From: Chloroflexota bacterium | GTDB taxonomy: Bacteria; Chloroflexota; UBA5177 | Direction: 5' to 3' | Length of the DNA: 64,000 bases | Assembly (NCBI GenBank): GCA_036752825.1 | Contig: DAIORV010000001.1 | Span: 42,843-106,842 of the forward strand | Notes under the pieces: model-generated | What the model saw: only the letters and a program-made list of their open reading frames with translations | Databases searched by the model: none | What the model was told of the DNA's origin: nothing | Shown here: one piece after another, positions 45,783-53,825 of the stretch | Position numbering within the stretch: position 1 is the stretch's first letter | Layout: every line of letters begins with the position of its first letter | Position numbers and translations under genes: made by a program

Positions 45783-46667
45783 GTGCACGTTCGAAAGGCA
45801 GTAATCCCTGCTGCGGGCTTTGGCACGCGGCTGTTGCCTCTCACAAAAACTGTTCCAAAGGAGATGCTGCCGCTGGCCGGCAAGCCGGTCATCCAATACA
45901 TTGTCGAGGAGGCCGTCGCGTCCGGGATCGAAGAGATCATCCTGGTGACGAGTCCTAACAAGAAGGCCCTCGAGGATTATTTCGACAGCAACTTCGAGCT
46001 CGAGCATCAACTGGAGGCGACTGGGAAGGGATCTGTCGCGCAGCAGCTCCGGACGATTCGAGACATGGCTGCCTTTACGTACGTCCGGCAAAAGCAGCCC
46101 CTTGGAAACGGACACGCCGTTCTCGCCGCCAGGCATGCCGTGGGTAATGAGCCCTTCGCCGTCCTCTGGGGCGATGACGTCCTCGTGGGGCGTCCTCCAG
46201 TCCTAAAGCAGCTGATCCAGGTCGCGGAGAGAAACGACGCACCAGTAGTCGGGGTGCGCCAGGTTGCTGAGAATGATTTCGAGAAGTACGGAATGCTCGA
46301 GGTTGAGTTAATTGACGGTCGCCTTAGTCGAGCGATCTCGGTCATCGAGAAACCCAGTCGCACGGAAGCTCCGTCAGATCTCGCCCAAATCGGAGGATTC
46401 GTGCTAACGCCAGATATATTCGACCTTCTTGCATCCGCCGAGGTCGGGCCTAGCGGCGAAATCTACCTGGCGGATGCCCTGATCAAGCTCATGCAGATTC
46501 GAACGGTGTACGCTTACGCCTTTGAGGGCACGCGGTACGATGCGGGGAACCACATGGATTACTTGAAGGCATCGTTGGAGCTGGCGCTGGCCGATCCCTC
46601 CATCGGTCCTCCCTTCAGGGAGTATCTTGCAAGTCTCGGATGGCGAGGCGTCAACGGGCCTTTGTGA
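45783..46667 (+). CDS. galU: UTP--glucose-1-phosphate uridylyltransferase
   Basis: 'KAVIPAAGFGTRLLPLTKTVPKEMLPLAGKPVIQYIVEEA' and 'GIEEIILVT'. GTG 45783 lies 6 nt after GGGAGG; the ORF-track TTG 45732 overlaps mrfB. Confidence 0.85.
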   Translation: MHVRKAVIPAAGFGTRLLPLTKTVPKEMLPLAGKPVIQYIVEEAVASGIEEIILVTSPNKKALEDYFDSNFELEHQLEATGKGSVAQQLRTIRDMAAFTYVRQKQPLGNGHAVLAARHAVGNEPFAVLWGDDVLVGRPPVLKQLIQVAERNDAPVVGVRQVAENDFEKYGMLEVELIDGRLSRAISVIEKPSRTEAPSDLAQIGGFVLTPDIFDLLASAEVGPSGEIYLADALIKLMQIRTVYAYAFEGTRYDAGNHMDYLKASLELALADPSIGPPFREYLASLGWRGVNGPL

Positions 46668-47749
46668 GCGTCATACCTGGAGAGGCTCGGGCCCTCATTT
46701 TGATCTTCGCTGTGGCCGGGCTGGCGGCGCTCGTGGTCGGCTCAGTGGCCGCGTCTCCACATCTCACCGGGACCGTCACTCCTACTCCGATCCACGTCTC
46801 TACCAAGGCTACCGTTGTACCCAATATCGTCCCCGGGCCCCTCAATGGCGAGCCGACACAGCGGCGCATCGCCCTGCGCCGCCCAATCGCTGCGGTCATC
46901 GACAATCTCTATCCGGACGCGCGGCCGCAAGCGGGACTGAATCGAGCCAGCCTGGTTTTCGAAACGCTCGCCGAGGGAGGCATTACCCGGCTCATGGGCG
47001 TCTTCCTCGAGCATGATGCGTCGCAAATCGGCCCAATCCGCAGTGCCAGACCGTATTTCGTGAAGTGGGCGGCGGGATATCGAGCTCTGTTTGTTCACGC
47101 CGGCGGATCCCCAGCGGCGTTGCAGCTACTCTACCTCACGCCCCAGCTAGGCAATGTCGAAGCGTTGCTTCCTCGACCTGAGTTCCACCGGGAATCGGAT
47201 CGTATCTCACCTCACAACCTGTTCGGCAGTACCGACGGTGTTCGCGCGATCGCCGTCCGCAACGCCTGGAATCATCGCGTTTCGTATGCGTGGCTGGCCC
47301 ACAAGACGCCTGCTCCCAAAGCGGAACGCGGTCACATCAGCCACATCCGCATCAATTTTTCGACACCCAACATCTCATCTCCTCCCGACTACGCGGTTGA
47401 CTATCGCTTCGAGCGAGCTCAGGATCTCTACGTTCGATCGGTCGGCGGCGTACCGGCGATCGACAGACTTGCGAATCGGCCTGTGGAGACGAGCAATGTG
47501 GTCCTGCTTTACACCTCGATCGCGCCGATACCAAACGATGCCGAGGCTCGGGTTGCCGTTGGAGTGGTCGGCAAGGGCAAAGCACTCATTTTTGAAGATG
47601 GAGGGATCGTCCGCGGAAGCTGGTCCAAATCAGGTGTCCTTGCACCCCTTCGGCTCAAGGACGCAACGGGCAGTCCGGTGAAGCTGAATCCGGGACAGAC
47701 CTGGTTTGAGGTGACCACCCCCGGAGACGCCACATGGGGAGGTAAATGA
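46640..47749 (+). CDS. DUF3048-domain lipoprotein/membrane-anchored protein (YerB-like)
   Basis: N-terminal signal-anchor 'LILIFAVAGLAALVVG', then 'AVIDNLYPDARPQAGLNRASLVFETLAEGGITRLMGVF...RSARPYF', characteristic of DUF3048. Confidence 0.6.
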   Translation: MARRQRAFVSVIPGEARALILIFAVAGLAALVVGSVAASPHLTGTVTPTPIHVSTKATVVPNIVPGPLNGEPTQRRIALRRPIAAVIDNLYPDARPQAGLNRASLVFETLAEGGITRLMGVFLEHDASQIGPIRSARPYFVKWAAGYRALFVHAGGSPAALQLLYLTPQLGNVEALLPRPEFHRESDRISPHNLFGSTDGVRAIAVRNAWNHRVSYAWLAHKTPAPKAERGHISHIRINFSTPNISSPPDYAVDYRFERAQDLYVRSVGGVPAIDRLANRPVETSNVVLLYTSIAPIPNDAEARVAVGVVGKGKALIFEDGGIVRGSWSKSGVLAPLRLKDATGSPVKLNPGQTWFEVTTPGDATWGGK

Positions 47750-48903
47750 AAGTCCTCATTGCTCCTCAGGGCTTCAAGGGCAGCCTGGAGGCGGTGGAGG
47801 TCGCGAATGCGATTGCCCGCGGCGTTCGACAGGTTTTCAGCGACGCGAGTCTGACCGTCTTGCCGATTGCGGACGGTGGCGAGGGAACCGTGCGGGCCTT
47901 GGTGCAGGCCAGCAATGGACGCTCGGTTGTAAGTAGGGTTACTGGTCCGCTCGGACGACCGGTCAACGCCACTTGGGGAATACTCGGTGACGAGCGAACC
48001 GCAGTAATTGAAATGGCGGCGGCTTCCGGACTCCCTTTGATACGGCGTGACGAACGCAATCCGATGCACACGACGTCATTTGGAACCGGAGAGCTGATCC
48101 TTCGTGCGCTCGACGCCGGTGTCCGACACGTCATCGTCGGTATTGGAGGCAGTGCCACGAACGACGGTGGAGCCGGCATGGCGCAGGCCCTCGGAGCTCA
48201 CTTGCTCGATGCTCGAGGGCAGGAGCTGGGGCCGGGCGGCGCGTCCCTCGGCACACTGGATCGCATCGACACGTCGGAGCTCGACCCGCGCATCAACGGA
48301 CTCGAGGTTGACGTTGCGTGCGACGTTAACAATCCGCTCACGGGCCCGACCGGGGCTAGCCTCGTGTACGGGCCTCAAAAAGGAGCCACGCCCCAAATGG
48401 CAGAGGAGCTGGACTCTGCTCTCTCACGGTATGCAGATATCTTGAAGCGCGATCTCGGTCAAGATGTTGGGGCCGTGCCCGGTGCTGGAGCAGCAGGCGG
48501 TCTCGGAGCAGGGCTCATTGCCTTCCTCCAAGCGCGACTGCGGCCCGGCGTAGACCTGGTATTCGGAGCCATGGACATAGAGCGCCACCTTGAGGGCGCC
48601 GATCTAGTGATCACCGGTGAGGGTCGGATAGATCGGCAAGATCTCTACGGAAAGGCTCCCATGGGAATCGCTCAACGGGCTCGGGCGAGAGGCATCCCGT
48701 GTTTCGCCGTGGCGGGCAGCACGGGCAGAGACTATCACGTGGTCTATGATCACGGACTCGATGCCGTGATCGGAACCGTAAACCGGCCCATGCAGCTCGA
48801 TCGCGCTATTGCGGAAGGCTCCCGGCTCATCACTGAAGCAGCAATGCGTGCCTGTCGGCTTCTGCGCGTGGGTATGCGCATACAGGCTGGTCGAGAGCCT
48901 TAG
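47746..48903 (+). CDS. Glycerate kinase (GlxK/GarK family)
   Basis: 'MKVLIAPQGFKGSL', 'IADGGEGT' and 'VITGEGRID' are glycerate-kinase family motifs. ATGA overlap with the upstream gene. Confidence 0.8.
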   Translation: MKVLIAPQGFKGSLEAVEVANAIARGVRQVFSDASLTVLPIADGGEGTVRALVQASNGRSVVSRVTGPLGRPVNATWGILGDERTAVIEMAAASGLPLIRRDERNPMHTTSFGTGELILRALDAGVRHVIVGIGGSATNDGGAGMAQALGAHLLDARGQELGPGGASLGTLDRIDTSELDPRINGLEVDVACDVNNPLTGPTGASLVYGPQKGATPQMAEELDSALSRYADILKRDLGQDVGAVPGAGAAGGLGAGLIAFLQARLRPGVDLVFGAMDIERHLEGADLVITGEGRIDRQDLYGKAPMGIAQRARARGIPCFAVAGSTGRDYHVVYDHGLDAVIGTVNRPMQLDRAIAEGSRLITEAAMRACRLLRVGMRIQAGREP

Positions 48904-48942
48904 CGGTTCACCTGCTGGTATAATTCTACGTCTCGCTTCGGG

Positions 48943-48971
48943 CAACACCCTCTCCCGGAGGGTGTTGTTTT
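48943..48971 (+). terminator. Rho-independent terminator after glycerate kinase
   Basis: 10-bp stem CAACACCCTC/GAGGGTGTTG with loop tcccg, followed by TTTT. An extended -10 (TGgTATAAT, 48916-48924) lies just upstream. Confidence 0.6.
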
Positions 48972-48988
48972 CATATATAAGGAACCCC

Positions 48989-49936
48989 GTGAGAAGTCTC
49001 TTCCGTCGCAGCCCAGGTGAGCCGAAGACAGAGGAGCAGCAGCAGCTCGACCAGGCAGTCAGCAAGACCAGAGAAAGCTCCTTTCGCCGAATCTCGACTC
49101 TCTTTCACGAAGCGATCGTGACGGACGAAACCTGGGAGGAGCTCGAGGATCTTTTGGTTCAGGCTGACGTCGGTCCCGTCACCGCCGCTCGCCTAGTCGA
49201 AGACGCTCGCGGGGAGGTCGAAACGCTCGAAGAGCGTACCGCGGTCGAGGCGGAAACTGCTATCCGAGGCCAGATGGTAGACGTTCTCGGATCCGACAGC
49301 CGCGTGCCGCTCGAGAAAATGCCTTCCGGAACGGTCCTCCTGATGGTGGGGGTCAACGGCTCCGGAAAGACCACCACGACCGCCAAGATTGCTCGCTACC
49401 TCGAACGTCATGGACGCACCGTGCTACTCGCGGCTGCTGACACCTTTAGAGCTGCAGCCATCGATCAGCTTCGCGTGTGGGGAGAACGGGTCAAGGCGCC
49501 CGTCGTGGCCCATCAGCAGGAGGCGGACCCTGGTGCCGTCGTCTTCGACGCGGTGCGAGCGGCCCTCGCCCGCCATGTCGACTTCGTCATAGTCGACACC
49601 GCCGGTAGACTGCACACGAAATTCAATCTGATGGAAGAATTGCAGAAGATTCGTCGGGTGGTGGGAAAAGCGAACCCCGAGGCTGCGATCATCGCGCTAC
49701 TTGTGATTGACGCCACGACGGGTCAAAATGCCATTCTGCAGGCCAAGAGCTTCCTGGCGACCGTGGAGGTCGACGGCATAATCCTGGCAAAGCTGGACGG
49801 CACGGCCAAGGGTGGTGTTGCTTTCTCGGTCTACAACGAGCTGAAGGTTCCGATCTGGTACGTGGGCACTGGTGAGACAATGGACGATTTCGCAGCATTT
49901 GATCATTTAGAGTTTGTCAATGCACTCTTCGACTGA
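48989..49936 (+). CDS. ftsY: Signal recognition particle receptor FtsY (NG domain only, minimal A region)
   Basis: 'LLMVGVNGSGKTTTTAKIA', 'DTAGR', 'AKLDGTAKGG'. GTG 48989 follows an aaggaa RBS; the ORF-track start 48809 overlaps glxK. Confidence 0.85.
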   Translation: MRSLFRRSPGEPKTEEQQQLDQAVSKTRESSFRRISTLFHEAIVTDETWEELEDLLVQADVGPVTAARLVEDARGEVETLEERTAVEAETAIRGQMVDVLGSDSRVPLEKMPSGTVLLMVGVNGSGKTTTTAKIARYLERHGRTVLLAAADTFRAAAIDQLRVWGERVKAPVVAHQQEADPGAVVFDAVRAALARHVDFVIVDTAGRLHTKFNLMEELQKIRRVVGKANPEAAIIALLVIDATTGQNAILQAKSFLATVEVDGIILAKLDGTAKGGVAFSVYNELKVPIWYVGTGETMDDFAAFDHLEFVNALFD

Positions 49937-49965
49937 CATGAGGGCGGAAACGCTCCGTCACGCGC

Positions 49966-51303
49966 ATGTTTGAGGCACTTTCGGACCGGTTGACGGACAT
50001 CTTTCAGGGTCTCCGAAGCAAGGGCACGCTGACCGAGCGAGATGTCGACCAGGCCATGCGCGAAATTCGCATGTCGCTCCTCGAGGCCGACGTGAATTTT
50101 AAGGTCGTAAAGGAGTTCGTTGCGCACGTGAAGGAGCGAAGTGTCGGCTCCGAAGTGCTTCAAAGCCTGACTCCTGCGCAGCAGGTTGTGAAGATCGTGC
50201 ACGAGGAGCTGCTCGCCATTCTGGGCGAGCCCGCAAGACTCGAGCTCTCCGGCACTCCTCCTTCGGTCATCCTGCTCGCGGGTTTGCAGGGCTCCGGAAA
50301 GACGACGACGGCCGCCAAGCTGGCTAACTATCTTCGCAAGCAGGGGCAGTATCCAGTGTTGGCAGCTCTCGACATCTATCGTCCTGCCGCCATAGACCAG
50401 CTCATTTCGCTAGGCAAGCAGCTGAATGTCCCCGTTCATAGCGAAGGAAGCAAGGTCGATCCCGTAAAGATCGCGGGAAACGCCGTCAGTGAAGCACGCC
50501 GCAACGGAAATACCGTGGTCATTCTGGACACCGCCGGTCGCTTGCACGTAGACGACGACATGATGCGGGAGCTGCAAGAGATAGAAGCACGGGTCAAGCC
50601 GAGTGAGACGCTGTTGGTAGCCGACGCGATGACCGGACAGGACGCGGTGCACACCGCGGAAGAGTTCAACAGATCCGTGAAGCTTACCGGCCTGATCCTT
50701 ACCAAGATGGATGGCGACGCTCGAGGTGGAGCTGCGCTGTCCATTCGGCATGTCACGGGCATTCCGATCAAATTCGTGGCGACCGGCGAGAAGACGGACG
50801 CGCTTGATCTCTTCCACCCGGATCGACTTGCACAGCGGATCCTCGGAATGGGGGACGTTCTCTCTCTGATCGAACGAACCGAGGAGGCATTTTCCAAAGA
50901 TCAGCAGGAGCTAATCGAAAAGAAAATGCGCCGAGCGGAGTTTGACTTCGATGATTTTCTGCAGACCATGTCGACCATCCGAAAAATGGGGCCTCTCTCA
51001 AACATCATGGAGATGATTCCGGGGATGCGGGGCGCCATGAAGCAGATGGGCGGTATGCCCAATGTCGATGACAAGAACTTCAAGCGCATCGAAGCCATCA
51101 TCACGTCCATGACGAAGCACGAGCGCCGCTCTCCGGGATTGATTGACGGTAGCCGTCGCAAGCGAATCGCGCGCGGCAGCGGGACATCGGTGCAGGAGGT
51201 CAACGAGCTTCTCAATCGCTTCAAAGACATGCAGAAACTGATGAAGCAGCTGACCAAGGGCAAGATGCGGTTGCCCAAGGGCATGGGCCTTCCCGGCCTT
51301 TGA
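49966..51303 (+). CDS. ffh: Signal recognition particle protein Ffh
   Basis: NG domain 'LLAGLQGSGKTTTAAKLA', 'DTAGR', 'TKMDGDARGG', and a Met-rich M domain 'MRGAMKQMGGMP'. Confidence 0.95.
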   Translation: MFEALSDRLTDIFQGLRSKGTLTERDVDQAMREIRMSLLEADVNFKVVKEFVAHVKERSVGSEVLQSLTPAQQVVKIVHEELLAILGEPARLELSGTPPSVILLAGLQGSGKTTTAAKLANYLRKQGQYPVLAALDIYRPAAIDQLISLGKQLNVPVHSEGSKVDPVKIAGNAVSEARRNGNTVVILDTAGRLHVDDDMMRELQEIEARVKPSETLLVADAMTGQDAVHTAEEFNRSVKLTGLILTKMDGDARGGAALSIRHVTGIPIKFVATGEKTDALDLFHPDRLAQRILGMGDVLSLIERTEEAFSKDQQELIEKKMRRAEFDFDDFLQTMSTIRKMGPLSNIMEMIPGMRGAMKQMGGMPNVDDKNFKRIEAIITSMTKHERRSPGLIDGSRRKRIARGSGTSVQEVNELLNRFKDMQKLMKQLTKGKMRLPKGMGLPGL

Positions 51304-51387
51304 CATGACCACCCTCTCAAAAGGTGGCAGGCGGAGTCCGGACCTCATGTCTCCTGGTTGGCTTCGCCGGCCGATAGGACGCGCTTG

Positions 51388-53121
51388 ATGACTTCTCTGC
51401 ACGGCGAGAGATACGATCGCGGAGACGCTGAAGACTCCACGGCGGTTGACCCTGCCAATCCTCAGGCGGAGGGAACATGTGTTTACCTCGGCAAGGCTGA
51501 TGCAGAACAAGTTCAACCGGAGGCGATGCAGCAGCTTTTCCAGCGACTGACTACTCTGCGTCATCCAAACGTTGCACGCGTCCGAGAGTTGTCTCTGGAG
51601 GACGATGCGCTGACGCTGGTTGTCGATCCCGTGCATGGTATGCCCCTGTCTGAGTACGTGGCGACACGAGAACCCGGTATCGCTGAAGTGAGGAAGCTGT
51701 CCATCCAACTTGTCTCCGCCCTCGCATACCTGCAGAAGCATCTGCCCGGATTGCGACTCCGACTTGAGCATGTTCTCGTCGGAGACGGAAGCTTGGTTCT
51801 CACCGGGGCGAATCTTGTCCAGCTCAAAGGGGTCTCGTGGCCCAGGGACTTTCCGTCCTCGATCGCCTTTGCGATTGAGGCGCCGGAGCCTGAAGAGAAA
51901 CGTGACGAGACGGCAACGGTATTCACCGCCGGCGCAGTCACGTACCACATGCTCACAAGGGTGGCGGCGGGATCTGCACGCGACGCTTGGGGTGCCGCCG
52001 CGATAGCATTCGAGCATTTCGTTCGGGAGCGCGTCCCCCCGAGCGACCTGGTTCGAAACATACCCAAGCAATGGGATGAGGCGGTCCTCCGAGCTCTTTC
52101 GGTAAACCCAGGCGATCGATTCCCGACGTTGGAAGCGCTCCAGCAAGCATTGGCAGAGCTCGAGGCTTTGGACTACGAAGATGAAGAGGCGGCTGTGGCA
52201 ACAAGCTCGCCACTACCGGCTCCTCTGCCTCTGGACCTTCCGTTTCCTTACTATTTAGAGCCAGACAATGAAGCCTCGGGAAGCCGCTGGCTGATTCCCG
52301 GGATGACCGTGATGGGTCTTGCCCTGGCGGCAGCCGTCTTCGTAGCGGCTTGGTTCGTAGTCGGCGGACACACGAAGACCTTGAAGCCAGCGCAGCTCGC
52401 CGCGGTCTCAGGTCTGCGCCTTGTAGAATCTGCACCGGTCTCCGGTTCAGACGTCATTCTCGCGTGGTCACCGGTAGTTGGTGCCGACCGCTATCGAGTG
52501 CGAATAACGGCTTCCTCGGACGGTAAGACGTCCACGTTCGCCACTTCTCGACCCCGATACGCCTTTCGAAATGCGGCAGGCCAGCAGTCATTCGTATGGA
52601 TGGCGTCTGCCCACACCTCCAATGGCTGGACTCCCTTTTCGCCAGCAAGAACCTTCATCGTACGCGCTCCTAGAGTCGGCGTTCCGGCGCTGATTCGACC
52701 GACAGACAAGCAAATCTCCCATACCAAGAACGTGACCTTTTGCTGGCTTGCCGTGACGGACGCGCGCGGCTACCTTCTGCGGGCCGGCACTCTCACAGTT
52801 CATACGCTCAATAGGTGTCACCTAATGACCTTGGGATACGGCAAGTACGCCTGGACCGTCACCGCGCAGGTGCAGGGCACTCGTCTCTATACGGGACCGA
52901 CCGCTCCGCCGCGCGTCATCGATATTGTGCCGGCTCGAGGACGAGCCACGGCAGCTCCGACCGCGACAACGTTTCCCGCGGCTACGGCCGTCGCGCCCGG
53001 ACCGCCAGTCGTCAGTCAACCTCCTCCGGTTCCCACTGCAGTCGTTGCCGCCCCTGTCGCGCCCGCTCCAGTCAATCCAGCCCCGACTGCGCCCGCGTGT
53101 GTCCCATTCGTCAATTGTTAG
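51388..53121 (+). CDS. Membrane protein with a degenerate Ser/Thr-kinase-like (pseudokinase) cytoplasmic domain, one TM helix, extracellular Ig/Fn3-like repeats and a Pro-rich tail
   Basis: Kinase-like blocks 'LRHPNVARVRELSLEDDALTLVVDPVHGMPLSEYV' and 'LRLEHVLVGDGSLVL', with no HRD or DFG Asp and no Gly loop. TM helix 'MTVMGLALAAAVFVAAWFVVGG'. Two ~90-aa beta-rich repeats. ATG 51388 follows AGGA; TTG 51358 is the alternative. Confidence 0.6.
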   Translation: MTSLHGERYDRGDAEDSTAVDPANPQAEGTCVYLGKADAEQVQPEAMQQLFQRLTTLRHPNVARVRELSLEDDALTLVVDPVHGMPLSEYVATREPGIAEVRKLSIQLVSALAYLQKHLPGLRLRLEHVLVGDGSLVLTGANLVQLKGVSWPRDFPSSIAFAIEAPEPEEKRDETATVFTAGAVTYHMLTRVAAGSARDAWGAAAIAFEHFVRERVPPSDLVRNIPKQWDEAVLRALSVNPGDRFPTLEALQQALAELEALDYEDEEAAVATSSPLPAPLPLDLPFPYYLEPDNEASGSRWLIPGMTVMGLALAAAVFVAAWFVVGGHTKTLKPAQLAAVSGLRLVESAPVSGSDVILAWSPVVGADRYRVRITASSDGKTSTFATSRPRYAFRNAAGQQSFVWMASAHTSNGWTPFSPARTFIVRAPRVGVPALIRPTDKQISHTKNVTFCWLAVTDARGYLLRAGTLTVHTLNRCHLMTLGYGKYAWTVTAQVQGTRLYTGPTAPPRVIDIVPARGRATAAPTATTFPAATAVAPGPPVVSQPPPVPTAVVAAPVAPAPVNPAPTAPACVPFVNC

Positions 53122-53195
53122 CCGAGATTCACGCACCGCCCTGCGACGTTTGGGCGAGGCCGCGTCAGATCGAACAGAGACAGCGCTAGATGGCG

Positions 53196-53224
53196 TTGAC
53201 GATCACCTTGTCGGGCACTATACT
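53196..53224 (+). promoter_or_regulatory. Candidate mraZ promoter (TTGACG-17 nt-TATACT)
   Basis: -35 at 53196-53201 and -10 at 53219-53224. The predicted leader contains two GATTTAG direct repeats (53249-53255 and 53266-53272). Confidence 0.45.
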
Positions 53225-53274
53225 GTGCCTGCCCCACCCGTTCACATCGATTTAGAGTTTGAGAGATTTAGCAC

Positions 53275-53727
53275 GTGTTCTTCGGTGAATACGAACGGAC
53301 GGTGGACTACAAGGGACGCCTGACGATCCCAGCCCACCTACTGGAGCCTACCGACAGCGCCGACTGGTCGCGCGTGATGGTAGTAAAGGGTGATGCGAGC
53401 TGTCTGTACGTCTACGATGTCAAGACGTGGAAGGTAGTCCTCGACGAAGCCTACAAGAGCATGGATGACGACGAAAGCCGTCTTTTCATGCACAGAGCCT
53501 TGCAGGATGCTCAGCTTTCGGATGTCGACAACCTGAAGCGCATCTCCGTTCCAATGTCTCTTCTCTCTCATGCAGCCATAGAAAAGCGCACCACGATAGT
53601 GGGAATGTTCAACCGGCTTGAGTTGTGGGATCCGGAACGCTGGCAAGGGTACCTGGACACCATGGAAGAGGTCCCGGTTCCGTCCATTGCGGACCTCTCT
53701 CGCGCCAGAATTCGTGAGGTTTCATAA
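53275..53727 (+). CDS. mraZ: Transcriptional regulator MraZ (tandem MraZ/SpoVT-AbrB domains)
   Basis: 'MFFGEYERTVDYKGRLTIPAHL' and a second repeat '...VDNLKRISVPMSLLSHAAI'. GTG start. No rsmH, ftsL or ftsI follows. Confidence 0.85.
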   Translation: MFFGEYERTVDYKGRLTIPAHLLEPTDSADWSRVMVVKGDASCLYVYDVKTWKVVLDEAYKSMDDDESRLFMHRALQDAQLSDVDNLKRISVPMSLLSHAAIEKRTTIVGMFNRLELWDPERWQGYLDTMEEVPVPSIADLSRARIREVS

Positions 53728-53772
53728 GCGAGGCAGTATCACCGAAAGCCTAATTCGTCTATACTGGAAGAG

Positions 53773-53807
53773 CGCGGGATTGCCGTCCCCGCGCTTTCTT
53801 TGTCTTT
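53773..53807 (+). terminator. Rho-independent terminator after mraZ
   Basis: GCGCGGG-(attgccgt)-CCCGCGC followed by TTTCTTTGTCTTT. Confidence 0.6.
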
Positions 53808-53825
53808 AACTCCAGCAAGAACACA

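Noticed and set aside
50998-52146. 382-aa ORF antisense to the ffh 3' end and the pseudokinase 5' end
   Set aside because: It overlaps two well-supported sense genes. Its low-complexity Arg-rich translation is a GC-content artefact.
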